Part shown: one piece after another, positions 9,102 to 17,911 of the stretch | Layout: each line of letters opens with the position of its first letter | Numbering within the stretch: position 1 is the first letter of the stretch | Source: an uncultured Eubacterium sp. | GTDB taxonomy: Bacteria > Bacillota > Clostridia > Lachnospirales > Lachnospiraceae | DNA: 43,883 nt | Direction: 5' to 3' | Assembly: GCA_905236225.1 (NCBI GenBank) | Contig: CAJOPM010000045.1 | Span: 1 to 43,883 of the forward strand | Translations under genes and position numbers: made by a program | Notes under the pieces: generated by a model | Told to the model about the DNA's origin: nothing | The model's input: only the letters and a program-made list of their open reading frames with translations | Database searches by the model: none

Positions 9102-9819
9102 AATGAAACTCTCAGAACGTCTCTTAAATGTTGCAAGTCTTGTTTCGTCAGACGGTATATTAGCTGATATTGGAACAGATCACGGATATATACCCATATA
9201 TTTGGTTCAACAAGGTAAAATTAGGGGCGCCATAGCATCAGATGTTAATATGGGGCCCTTAAATCGTGCTTTAGAAAATGTTAAATTATATAATTTGCAG
9301 GAATATATCTCGTTAAGGCTTTCCAATGGGCTTGAAAAATACAGTTTGGGTGAGGTTTCGAGCATTGTCATGGCAGGCATGGGCGCAGATCTTATGATGG
9401 ATATTATAAAAAGGGGCGAAGATATATGCCATGAAGTTTCAGAGATTATCTTGCAGCCACAGTCTAATGCAGCACAATTTAGATTGTTCCTCACAAATGA
9501 AGGATATAAGATAACAGATGAAAAGATAGTCCTTGAAGATGGCAAATATTATCCCATGATGAGAGTTTACTTCAAAGGAATACCCTCAACGATTAAACAT
9601 GAACTTAGCGAAGATGAATATTTTGGTAAGCTGCTTCTTGATAGAAAAGATCATATTCTAAAAGATTATTTGATGAAAGAAATTATAATAAACGATAATA
9701 TTACCAATAAACTTAAAGCAAACCTTAACACTAAAAACAGTGCATCTAAATCCAGATATGAAGAAGTTACTAAGTATCGTAACTTTATTGATAAAGCACT
9801 CGCACGATTTGAGGAATGA
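9094..9819 (+). CDS. trmK: tRNA (adenine22-N1)-methyltransferase
   Basis: [28 protein letters not shown] motifs; canonical position after sigA. The start may be ATG 9103. Confidence 0.9.
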   Translation: MSKMKLSERLLNVASLVSSDGILADIGTDHGYIPIYLVQQGKIRGAIASDVNMGPLNRALENVKLYNLQEYISLRLSNGLEKYSLGEVSSIVMAGMGADLMMDIIKRGEDICHEVSEIILQPQSNAAQFRLFLTNEGYKITDEKIVLEDGKYYPMMRVYFKGIPSTIKHELSEDEYFGKLLLDRKDHILKDYLMKEIIINDNITNKLKANLNTKNSASKSRYEEVTKYRNFIDKALARFEE

Positions 9820-9822
9820 TAT

Positions 9823-11475
9823 ATGGCGGTTAAATTAAATATTAATTCAGTTACAAAAGAATATGATGAAGAAACCACTTATCTTGAGATAGCAAATGAA
9901 TATCAAAAGGACTACAAAGATGATATTGTTTTGGTTCTAAGCGATAACAAGCTTAGAGAATTGGATAAAAAGGTTGAGCAATGTGATAACCTTAAATTTA
10001 TCACTACAGCTGATCCTGCTGGAAGAAGCGCTTATAGACGCAGTATGAGTATGCTTCTTCAAAAAGCTATAGACAACCTTTACAAAGAAAAAAAACTTAC
10101 AGTAAGGGTGTGTCACAGCATATCGCAAGGATATTTTTTTAGAATTGATGGAATGAAACAAATAGATAAAAGTTTCTTGCTTTCAATTAAACTCGAGATG
10201 CTTAGATTAAGCGATGAAAACATTCCTATTGTCAAAAAAGAATGGCACACTGATAAAGCCAGAAAAATGTATAGGAAATGGGGAATGTATAACAGGGAGC
10301 TTATCTTAAAATACCGTTCAAGCTCTCAAATGAATGTATATGAAATAGACGGATATTGCGATTATTATTATGGGTATATGGTGCCAAATACCGGATATCT
10401 TAAATATTTCGATTTGGACTTGTATGAAGATGGATTTGTGCTATTGTTTCCTAACGAGAACACCAAGCTTACAGCAGAATTTAAGCCGTCTAATAAGATA
10501 TTTAAAGTATTAGATGAAGCATCAAATTGGGGATCGATGCTTAATTCAGGCACGATAGGTGCTTTTAACGAAGCTCTAACCAACGGCCTTGGACGTGAAT
10601 TAGTGCTTGTGCAAGAAGCGCTTATGGAAAAGAAAATAGGCGAAATTGCTGAGAAGATATGCAGTGATAAAAATAAAAAGTTCGTTATGGTTGCAGGACC
10701 ATCCTCGTCCGGCAAGACCACATTTGCCAACAGGCTTTGCATACAGCTATTGGCACATGGCGCATTTCCGCACCTGATAAGTCTTGATGATTTTTACAAA
10801 GACAGAGATCAGGCACCTATAGGTCCCGACAATCTGCCGGATTTTGAGTGCTTAGAGGCGCTTAATGTAGAATTGTTCGAGGAAGATATGAACAAACTTT
10901 TAAACCATGAAGAAATAAATTTGCCAAAATTTAACTTTGTTAACGGAAGAAGTGAAGACAGTGGCAAAAAAATAAAACTTCAAGGTAATGATGTGCTTGT
11001 TATTGAGGGGATTCACGGGCTTAATGAAAAACTTTGTAAGACCATCCCGAAAGAGAACATATTTAGAATATATATAAGTGCTTTAACACAGCTTAATATT
11101 GATGAGCATAATTTACTTTCAACAACAGATGGAAGACTATTAAGAAGAATAGTCAGAGACGCAAGAACCAGAGGAACTGATGCAAAAAGTACAATCAGAA
11201 GTTGGGGATCTGTAAGACGAGGAGAAGAAAAGCATATCTTTCCTTTCCAGGATAAAGCGGATGTGATGTTTAACTCAGCGCTTATATATGAGCTTTCTGT
11301 CTTAAAGCCTTTTGCACAACCGCAACTTTATGCAATCGATAGATCTGAAAGGGAGTATGTGGAGGCTAAAAGGCTTTTAAAACTTATGGATTATGTATTG
11401 CCTATGCCTTCTGAAGGAATTAATTACAATTCAATTATCAGAGAATTTATAGGCGGCAGTGTCTTTAACGTATAG
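9823..11475 (+). CDS. Uridine/nucleoside kinase family protein with an N-terminal ThrRS-like (TGS/editing) region
   Basis: C-terminal P-loop AGPSSSGKTT, SLDDFY, EGIHGLN, RRIVRD. N-terminal region resembles ThrRS N1/N2 (T..GRSAYRRS, DYYYG.MVP.TG). Confidence 0.85.
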   Translation: MAVKLNINSVTKEYDEETTYLEIANEYQKDYKDDIVLVLSDNKLRELDKKVEQCDNLKFITTADPAGRSAYRRSMSMLLQKAIDNLYKEKKLTVRVCHSISQGYFFRIDGMKQIDKSFLLSIKLEMLRLSDENIPIVKKEWHTDKARKMYRKWGMYNRELILKYRSSSQMNVYEIDGYCDYYYGYMVPNTGYLKYFDLDLYEDGFVLLFPNENTKLTAEFKPSNKIFKVLDEASNWGSMLNSGTIGAFNEALTNGLGRELVLVQEALMEKKIGEIAEKICSDKNKKFVMVAGPSSSGKTTFANRLCIQLLAHGAFPHLISLDDFYKDRDQAPIGPDNLPDFECLEALNVELFEEDMNKLLNHEEINLPKFNFVNGRSEDSGKKIKLQGNDVLVIEGIHGLNEKLCKTIPKENIFRIYISALTQLNIDEHNLLSTTDGRLLRRIVRDARTRGTDAKSTIRSWGSVRRGEEKHIFPFQDKADVMFNSALIYELSVLKPFAQPQLYAIDRSEREYVEAKRLLKLMDYVLPMPSEGINYNSIIREFIGGSVFNV

Positions 11476-11497
11476 GAAGCGATTAATTGTTGATATT

Positions 11498-11841
11498 TAA
11501 GAGTGGGACAGACGATCGCGGCTGCATCTTATGATACAGACGAGGAAAGTCCGGGCTTCATAGGGCAAGGATGCCGGATAACGTCCGGTGGAGGTGACTC
11601 CAAGGCCAGTGCAACAGAAAAGTGTACCGCCATCTTTAGATGGTAAGGGTGGAACGGCAGTGTAAGAGACTACCGGCCCTCCGGTGACGAAGGGCGCATT
11701 GTAAACCCCATCCGAAGCAAGACCGAATAAAGCGTTTACGTGGCCCGCCAGCTTTAGGTAGGTCGCTTGAGATAATCGGCAACGATTATCCTAGATAGAT
11801 GATCGTCAGATACATAACCCGGCTTATAGTCCCGCTCTTAA
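11498..11841 (+). ncRNA. rnpB: RNase P RNA (bacterial type A)
   Basis: P1 pairing TAAGAGTGGGAC/GTCCCGCTCTTA; conserved GAGGAAAGTCCGGGC, AGTGCAACAGAAA and AACCCGGCTTA motifs. Confidence 0.97.
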
Positions 11842-11887
11842 TAATAAATAACGGCTAAATGAGATATACGCTCCGCGAGGATGCGCA

Positions 11888-11947
11888 GGGATTTGCGTCA
11901 GCTAAAGCTGACGCAAATCCCGCGCCAAGTCTCGCGAGCGAGACTTG
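11888..11947. repeat. Tandem perfect GC-rich palindromes (REP-like)
   Basis: GGGATTTGCGTCAGC-taaa-GCTGACGCAAATCCC (11888-11921) and CAAGTCTCGC-ga-GCGAGACTTG (11926-11947). Confidence 0.75.
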
Positions 11948-11961
11948 AATAGAGGTTAGCT

Positions 11962-12357
11962 ATGAGAGAAAAAATACAAAGATTTATGCAAGGAAGATAT
12001 GGCGGACAAGATGAACTTAATAAGTTTTTGCTTATAATAACTGTAGTCCTTTTTGTCTTGTCTTTATTTACTGTAAGGTTTTTCTATATTGTTGCTGTAA
12101 TTTTACTGATTTTTAGTTACTACAGAATGTTTTCGAGAAATATTTCCCAAAGATATGCGGAGAACCAAAAATTTTTATTTTTAAAAAATAAGATATTTTC
12201 AAAATTCAGGAAATATAAATCTATGGCAAGTCAAAGCAAAGAATATAGATTTTATAAATGCCCGGCATGTCATCAAACAGTCAGAGTTCCAAGAGGGAAA
12301 GGGCGTATTATGATCAAGTGTCCGCGTTGTACAAATGAGTTTATCAAAAGGACCTAA
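11962..12357 (+). CDS. Conserved membrane protein with C-terminal zinc ribbon
   Basis: FMQGRYG.DEL, two TM helices, CPAC...RVPRGKG...CPRC. Confidence 0.8.
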   Translation: MREKIQRFMQGRYGGQDELNKFLLIITVVLFVLSLFTVRFFYIVAVILLIFSYYRMFSRNISQRYAENQKFLFLKNKIFSKFRKYKSMASQSKEYRFYKCPACHQTVRVPRGKGRIMIKCPRCTNEFIKRT

Positions 12358-12407
12358 GAGTAGTGCATTTAAGATGCTGATTATTGTTTGCTTAACAGAA
12401 GGTAAAT

Positions 12408-13247
12408 ATGTTTGGATATATAAATGTCGATGAAGCCCAGCTTAATGATGATTCTAAAGAACATTACAAAGCGTTTTATTGTGGCCTGTGTGATGTTCTA
12501 CGAAGAAACTGCGGCATTAAGGGGCGAATGCTTGTTAATTTTGATATGACATTTTTGATCATATTGCTTAGTGGTTTATACGAACTAAATAATGATGAGA
12601 TTATGTATCATTGCCCTATTCATCCGGCTAAAAAAAGAAAGATATGGGTAAATGATGCGACGAATTATGCTGCAGATATGAATGTTTTGTTTGCATATCA
12701 AAATTTTAAAGACGATTATAAAGACAACAGGTCTTATTCTAGGCATATGCTTACCAGGATATTTGACAAAGATTATGAAAGGATCAGGTCAAAGTATAAA
12801 AGGCAAAGTAAGGCAATAGAAGATTATATTGATAAACTTGATAAAGCAGAAAGCAACAATGAAACAAATATAGATTACATATCATCGTTTACGGCCGATA
12901 TGCTCTCAGAGATATTTGTCTATAGACAGGACGATATCTGGGCAAAAGACCTTAAAATTATGGGGTATTATATGGGAAAATTCATTTACCTTATGGATGC
13001 CTTTGATGATGTGGAAAAAGATATAAAAAACAACGATTTTAATCCCTTGATTAATCTGTTTAATGAGAATAAAAAAGACTTTGATATGCTGTGCAGATTG
13101 ATGCTTTCAAGTATGATGAGTGAGTGCTCTAAAGCGTTTGAAAGATTGCCTATTTTAATGTATGTCGATATTCTCAGAAATATATTATATTGTGGTGTGT
13201 GGTCCAGGTTTAAAATAAGAACCAATAAAAGAAAAGGGGAAATTTAA
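12408..13247 (+). CDS. DUF5685-like protein
   Basis: MFGYI...YCGLC...[32 protein letters not shown] pattern recalled for DUF5685. Confidence 0.75.
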   Translation: MFGYINVDEAQLNDDSKEHYKAFYCGLCDVLRRNCGIKGRMLVNFDMTFLIILLSGLYELNNDEIMYHCPIHPAKKRKIWVNDATNYAADMNVLFAYQNFKDDYKDNRSYSRHMLTRIFDKDYERIRSKYKRQSKAIEDYIDKLDKAESNNETNIDYISSFTADMLSEIFVYRQDDIWAKDLKIMGYYMGKFIYLMDAFDDVEKDIKNNDFNPLINLFNENKKDFDMLCRLMLSSMMSECSKAFERLPILMYVDILRNILYCGVWSRFKIRTNKRKGEI

Positions 13248-13249
13248 TA

Positions 13250-13894
13250 ATGATTAATCCCTATAGTGTTTTAGGCGTATCATCGAGTGCTACAGATGAT
13301 GAAATAAAAAAAGCATACAGAAAACTTTCCAGGAAATATCATCCTGATGCAAATGTTAATAATCCTAATAAAAAACAGGCTGAAGAAAAATTCAAAGAAG
13401 TTCAGCAAGCTTATGATCAAATAATGAAAGAAAGACAAGCAGGATACAGTTATAACTACAGTGATTCTCAAAGCTTTCATTCATCCGGTACGTATAGCGG
13501 GGCAAATAACGGCGCTTATCAGCAGTACTATACTAAATACCGAGCAGCTGCCAATTATATAAATAATCGATATTTTGAGCAGGCATTAAGAACTCTTGAA
13601 GAAATACCTTTTTCGGCAAGAATGGGCGAATGGTATTATTATAGTGCGGCAGCACATGCGGGATTGGGCAATACTGCTAATGCAATTCAATTTGCAAAAA
13701 GAGCCATCGAATTAGATCCTGATAATGTTCAGTACCGGCAACTATATAATCAGTTGCAGATGGGGGCGCAGTGGTATACGCAAATGGGTAATGGTTATGG
13801 ATTTGAGAATCCCTTTGGCTCAACAATGGGTAAGGTATGTGCAACAATAGCGGCAATTAATTTGTTATGGATGTGTTGTTTAAGGCCTTGCTAA
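13250..13894 (+). CDS. J-domain (DnaJ-like) protein with TPR and Cys-rich hydrophobic tail
   Basis: NPYSVLGV...[13 protein letters not shown] (HPD motif); TPR-like repeat ([13 protein letters not shown]...AIELDPDN); C-terminus [10 protein letters not shown]. Confidence 0.88.
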   Translation: MINPYSVLGVSSSATDDEIKKAYRKLSRKYHPDANVNNPNKKQAEEKFKEVQQAYDQIMKERQAGYSYNYSDSQSFHSSGTYSGANNGAYQQYYTKYRAAANYINNRYFEQALRTLEEIPFSARMGEWYYYSAAAHAGLGNTANAIQFAKRAIELDPDNVQYRQLYNQLQMGAQWYTQMGNGYGFENPFGSTMGKVCATIAAINLLWMCCLRPC

Positions 13895-13977
13895 GATGTT
13901 GGGAAATTGACATTATCTATCTGATGTGAGAAAATTAAAAAAAGATATAACATTTGTTATAAGGTGGGATAATTAGT

Positions 13978-15327
13978 TTGAATAGTAAGAACAGTGAAAT
14001 TAAAACACTTGATAAATTATATAATAAATCTCACAGCCCGATAGCTGTTTTGTATGGCAGAAAAGGTGTAGGAAAGAATGAGATAGTTAAGCAGTTTGCT
14101 ACCGGCAAGAAGTGCATCAGCTATATTTCAAGAAACGCATCTTGCAAATTACAGCTTGAATTTTTCGCTCAAGAGCTTGGCATAGATATTAGCGAAAAAG
14201 ATGATTGTGATTTTGAGTCGATAATAGAGGGAGTACTTGATAATTCCGACGATAAAACTCTTATTATAATTAATGAATTTGAACTGATTTTTAAAAAAGA
14301 TGATACTTTTTTTAATCAACTTATCGATTTAAACGATAGATTTAATCTGATGATAGTTCTTACATGTTCTGAAATCCCATGGATTAATAAAGAATTTATC
14401 GAATGTATCAACAATAATAAATATAAAGACAAAGTTTATCTTGAAAAGATAGAAGAATGGAGCTTTTTAGATACAGTAAGAGCGTTTGAGGATTATTCGA
14501 TAGAAGAACTTGTTAAACTTTACGGAGTGTTCGGCGGGGTAAACAGGTATCTTTCTTATATTGACCAGTCATCTTCGGTTGAGGATAATATCAAAAAGCT
14601 GGTGCTTAATAAAAAAGGTTCATTATATGATGAAGCAGAGAAATTTCTCTCTTCTGAACTAAGGGAAATTTCTGTATATAATACAATTTTGTATGCTATT
14701 GCATCGGGAAATACCAAGCTTAATGAATTATACAAAAGTACAGGTTTTTCAAGAGCAAAGATAAGCGTATATCTTAAAAATCTTGCGGCATTTGATGTGG
14801 TAGAGAAAATTGAATCCTTTGATACAGGCGGATGGCAAAATGCCAAAAAAGGTGTATATGCAATCAAGAATAATTTTATAGATTTTTGGTTTAGATTTAT
14901 TTATCCTAATTTGAACGACCTTGATAGATTGACCGGCGATGAATTTTACGCAAAACATATAGAAAACAAACTAGATATTTATTTGGATAGATATTTCATT
15001 AAAATATGCAGAGAATATCTAATGCTTATGAACTATAGTAATGAACTGCCTCTTGAGATTAAAAATATCGGCACGTGGCAGGGAAAGAGCGGAAGTATTG
15101 ATATTGTTGCTCAAAATGATATACGTGAGCAGCTTGTCGCTAAATGTTTCTGGAAGGAAGATATAGTTACGGATGAAGATTTTAAGAAGCTTCTTGAAGC
15201 TGCGAACAAAGCTAAGATTAAGCCTAAGTATTATTATATTTTTGCATCCGGAAGTTTTAATGAGAAATTAAAGGCACTTGAAAGCCAACTTAGTAGTGTG
15301 GTGCTTATAGATATTGGTTCACTGTAA
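13978..15327 (+). CDS. Archaeal-type ATPase with winged helix and DUF234-like (PD-D/ExK) C-terminus
   Basis: LYGRKGVGK Walker A, FGGV.RYL, FWFRFIYPN, IGTW...IDIVA. Several catalytic positions look degenerate. Confidence 0.8.
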   Translation: MNSKNSEIKTLDKLYNKSHSPIAVLYGRKGVGKNEIVKQFATGKKCISYISRNASCKLQLEFFAQELGIDISEKDDCDFESIIEGVLDNSDDKTLIIINEFELIFKKDDTFFNQLIDLNDRFNLMIVLTCSEIPWINKEFIECINNNKYKDKVYLEKIEEWSFLDTVRAFEDYSIEELVKLYGVFGGVNRYLSYIDQSSSVEDNIKKLVLNKKGSLYDEAEKFLSSELREISVYNTILYAIASGNTKLNELYKSTGFSRAKISVYLKNLAAFDVVEKIESFDTGGWQNAKKGVYAIKNNFIDFWFRFIYPNLNDLDRLTGDEFYAKHIENKLDIYLDRYFIKICREYLMLMNYSNELPLEIKNIGTWQGKSGSIDIVAQNDIREQLVAKCFWKEDIVTDEDFKKLLEAANKAKIKPKYYYIFASGSFNEKLKALESQLSSVVLIDIGSL

Positions 15328-15338
15328 GGAGATTATAT

Positions 15339-17345
15339 ATGGCAAAGTCTTTATTCATTGCCGAAAAGCCATCAGTTGCAAGAGAATTCGCAAGAGTTTT
15401 AGGAATGGCAACGTCTTCAAAAAAGGGATATATAGAGTCAGATAAATACGTGGTCACCTGGTGCGTAGGGCATCTGGTGACCATGAGTTATCCTGAAAGC
15501 TATGATATGAAGTACAAAAAATGGCGGCTTGATACGCTGCCCTTTATTCCGGATACTTTTAAGTACGAGATTATTCCATCGGCAAAAAATCAATATGATA
15601 TCGTATCAAAACTGTTAAATAGAGATGATGTCGATGTGATTTATATTTGTACTGACTCCGGAAGAGAGGGGGAGTATATATACAGACTTGTGGATCAAAT
15701 GGCGCAGGTTGAAAACAAGATCAGAAAAAGAGTATGGATAGATTCGCAGACCGATGAAGAAATAAAAAGAGGAATAAGTAGCGCAAAAGATTGGTCAGAG
15801 TATGATAATTTATCGAGCGCGGCATATCTTAGAGCCAAAGAAGATTACCTTATGGGGATTAATTTTACCAGAGTCCTTACTCTCAAATATGGAGATACTT
15901 TAGCAAGACTGTTAAACAAAAAATATGCTGTTATATCTGTAGGACGCGTAATGACATGTGTTTTGGGAATGGTTGTAAAAAGAGAAAGGCAGATAAGAGA
16001 ATTTGTAAAAACGCCGTTTTATAAGATATTGTCTAAAATGAATTACAATGGCTTTGAATTCGATGCTGAATGGAAACTATCAGAAACATCAAGGTATTTT
16101 AATACTGACAAGATATATAGAGATAATGGATTTTTGGATAAAGATGTGGCAAATCATTTTGCAAAAGATTTAGAAAATGAGTGCGAAGGCAAAATGGAAG
16201 TTACAAGTATTCAAAGGAAAACAGAAAAGAAAAATCCGCCGCTTTTATATAATCTTGCAGAGCTTCAAAATGACTGTTCGAAGCTATTTAAGATTAGTCC
16301 TGATGAAACCCTTAAAAATGTACAGGAGTTGTATGAAAAAAAACTGGTAACATATCCGAGGACAGATGCAAGAGTTTTATCAACAGCTGTAGCTAAGGAA
16401 ATATATAAAAATATAAATGGTCTTACTAATCTTAGAGCGGTAGCAAAATCTGCACAGTATATACTTGATAATGGAACGTATAAAAATATTTCAAAAACCA
16501 AATATGTAAACGATAAGCTTATAACCGACCATTATGCAATAATACCTACAGGACAGGGAATTAAAGCGGCAGCCAATCTTACAGCTATTCAGGTTAAAAT
16601 ATATGAAGTTATAGTAAGAAGGTTTTTGGCAATATTTTATCCAAGCGCACAATATCAGAAGGTGAGTCTTGTTTTAAATATATCAAATGAGACATTTACA
16701 GCTTCGTTTAAAGTGCTTAAAGAGGCCGGATATCTTGATTTGATGAATTATACATTTTCTAAAAAAAATTCAGATGAATCTTTAGAACATGAAGATGGCG
16801 TAGCAATAGATAAGCTAAAAAATCTAAAAAAGGGAATGAAGGTTTGTGTTAATAGTTTTGAGATTAAAGAAGGAGAGACATCACCGCCTAAAAGATACAA
16901 TTCGGGCTCTATTATTCTCGCTATGGAAAATGCAGGTCAGCTTATTGAAGATGAGCAGCTTAGAGAACAAATAAAGGGGTCGGGAATCGGGACATCGGCA
17001 ACCAGAGCTGAAATCCTAAAAAAACTTTTTACAAACAAATATATGTCGCTTAACAAAAAAACACAGATAATTACCCCCACGCTTTTAGGTGAGCTGATTT
17101 ATGATGTTGTATATTGTTCTATAAGAGCGCTTCTTAATCCCGAGCTAACAGCAAGCTGGGAAAAAGGCCTTACCTTTGTATCTGATGGAGAGATAACAGA
17201 AGATGAATATATGGTTAAGTTAAAGGACTTTATAGAAAAGAAAGTTGCCCTAACAAGAGGGGTAAACAACCAACGGATAATAAACTCGGCATTTCAAAAG
17301 ATAGCGCCATTTTATCTTTCGAACAAAAAGAATATGAAAAAATAA
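15339..17345 (+). CDS. topB: DNA topoisomerase III (type IA)
   Basis: IAEKPSVA, TWCVGHL, TDSGREGE, catalytic TYPRTD, DHYAIIPT, GIGTSATRA. Confidence 0.9.
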   Translation: MAKSLFIAEKPSVAREFARVLGMATSSKKGYIESDKYVVTWCVGHLVTMSYPESYDMKYKKWRLDTLPFIPDTFKYEIIPSAKNQYDIVSKLLNRDDVDVIYICTDSGREGEYIYRLVDQMAQVENKIRKRVWIDSQTDEEIKRGISSAKDWSEYDNLSSAAYLRAKEDYLMGINFTRVLTLKYGDTLARLLNKKYAVISVGRVMTCVLGMVVKRERQIREFVKTPFYKILSKMNYNGFEFDAEWKLSETSRYFNTDKIYRDNGFLDKDVANHFAKDLENECEGKMEVTSIQRKTEKKNPPLLYNLAELQNDCSKLFKISPDETLKNVQELYEKKLVTYPRTDARVLSTAVAKEIYKNINGLTNLRAVAKSAQYILDNGTYKNISKTKYVNDKLITDHYAIIPTGQGIKAAANLTAIQVKIYEVIVRRFLAIFYPSAQYQKVSLVLNISNETFTASFKVLKEAGYLDLMNYTFSKKNSDESLEHEDGVAIDKLKNLKKGMKVCVNSFEIKEGETSPPKRYNSGSIILAMENAGQLIEDEQLREQIKGSGIGTSATRAEILKKLFTNKYMSLNKKTQIITPTLLGELIYDVVYCSIRALLNPELTASWEKGLTFVSDGEITEDEYMVKLKDFIEKKVALTRGVNNQRIINSAFQKIAPFYLSNKKNMKK

Positions 17346-17354
17346 TAAAAAAGC

Positions 17355-17384
17355 TTGACTTTATATATATACAAATAGTATACT
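17355..17384 (+). promoter_or_regulatory. sigma-A promoter for the tRNA pair
   Basis: TTGACT, 18-nt spacer, TATACT, with an A-rich UP-like tract upstream. Confidence 0.6.
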
Positions 17385-17412
17385 GTCTCAGTCGGTCATT
17401 CGACAATCAATT

Positions 17413-17485
17413 GGGATCTTAGCTCAGCTGGGAGAGCATCTGCCTTACAAGCAGAGGGTCACAGGTTCGAGCCCTGTAGGTCCCA
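17413..17485 (+). tRNA. tRNA-Val(TAC), CCA not encoded
   Basis: Acceptor GGGATCT/AGGTCCC, D-arm AGCTCAGCTGGGAGAGC, anticodon stem TCTGC-ctTACaa-GCAGA, T-loop GTTCGAG. Confidence 0.97.
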
Positions 17486-17535
17486 TTATAGAGGCACATA
17501 CCTCTATATCAAGCGATAGATTTATCGCATCATAT

Positions 17536-17609
17536 GGCGAAGTAGCTCAGCTGGCTAGAGCACACGGTTCATACCCGTGGTGTCGAGAGTTCGAGTCTCC
17601 CCTTCGCTA
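17536..17609 (+). tRNA. tRNA-Met(CAT), elongator type, CCA not encoded
   Basis: Acceptor GGCGAAG/CTTCGCT, anticodon stem CACGG-ttCATac-CCGTG, GTTCGAG; resembles Firmicutes elongator tRNA-Met. Confidence 0.93.
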
Positions 17610-17615
17610 TTACAG

Positions 17616-17641
17616 CCGCCGATATTATATCGGCGGTTTTT
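17616..17641 (+). terminator. Rho-independent terminator after the tRNAs
   Basis: GCCGCCGATAT-t-ATATCGGCGGT followed by a T-tract. Confidence 0.85.
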
Positions 17642-17709
17642 GCTTTATTTAGACATATATGTTGTGGTAAGATATAAATATGTTATAAATTGTTTTAAAG
17701 GAGGTTTCT

Positions 17710-17901
17710 ATGAGAGCATTTGGCAGAGCGATCAGAACTTTAGCAGCATTAGCAATTATAGGTTATATCATATACAAGATATATGATGCATTTATTAAAG
17801 ATAAAAAGTATGACGATTACGAAGAAGAGTATGAAGATATAAAAGACAGACTTAAAAATGCGGCATACAAAATGAAAGATACATTTTTAGGACAGGACTA
17901 G
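17710..17901 (+). CDS. Small membrane-anchored hypothetical protein
   Basis: GGAGG RBS, single N-terminal TM helix, acidic tail. Confidence 0.7.
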   Translation: MRAFGRAIRTLAALAIIGYIIYKIYDAFIKDKKYDDYEEEYEDIKDRLKNAAYKMKDTFLGQD

Positions 17902-17911
17902 TTGATCAAAT

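Noticed and set aside
17487-17530. Small hairpins between the two tRNAs
   Set aside because: Short stems typical of tRNA spacers; no independent support for a separate RNA.
17577-17786. 69-aa + strand ORF
   Set aside because: Starts inside tRNA-Met and crosses its terminator.
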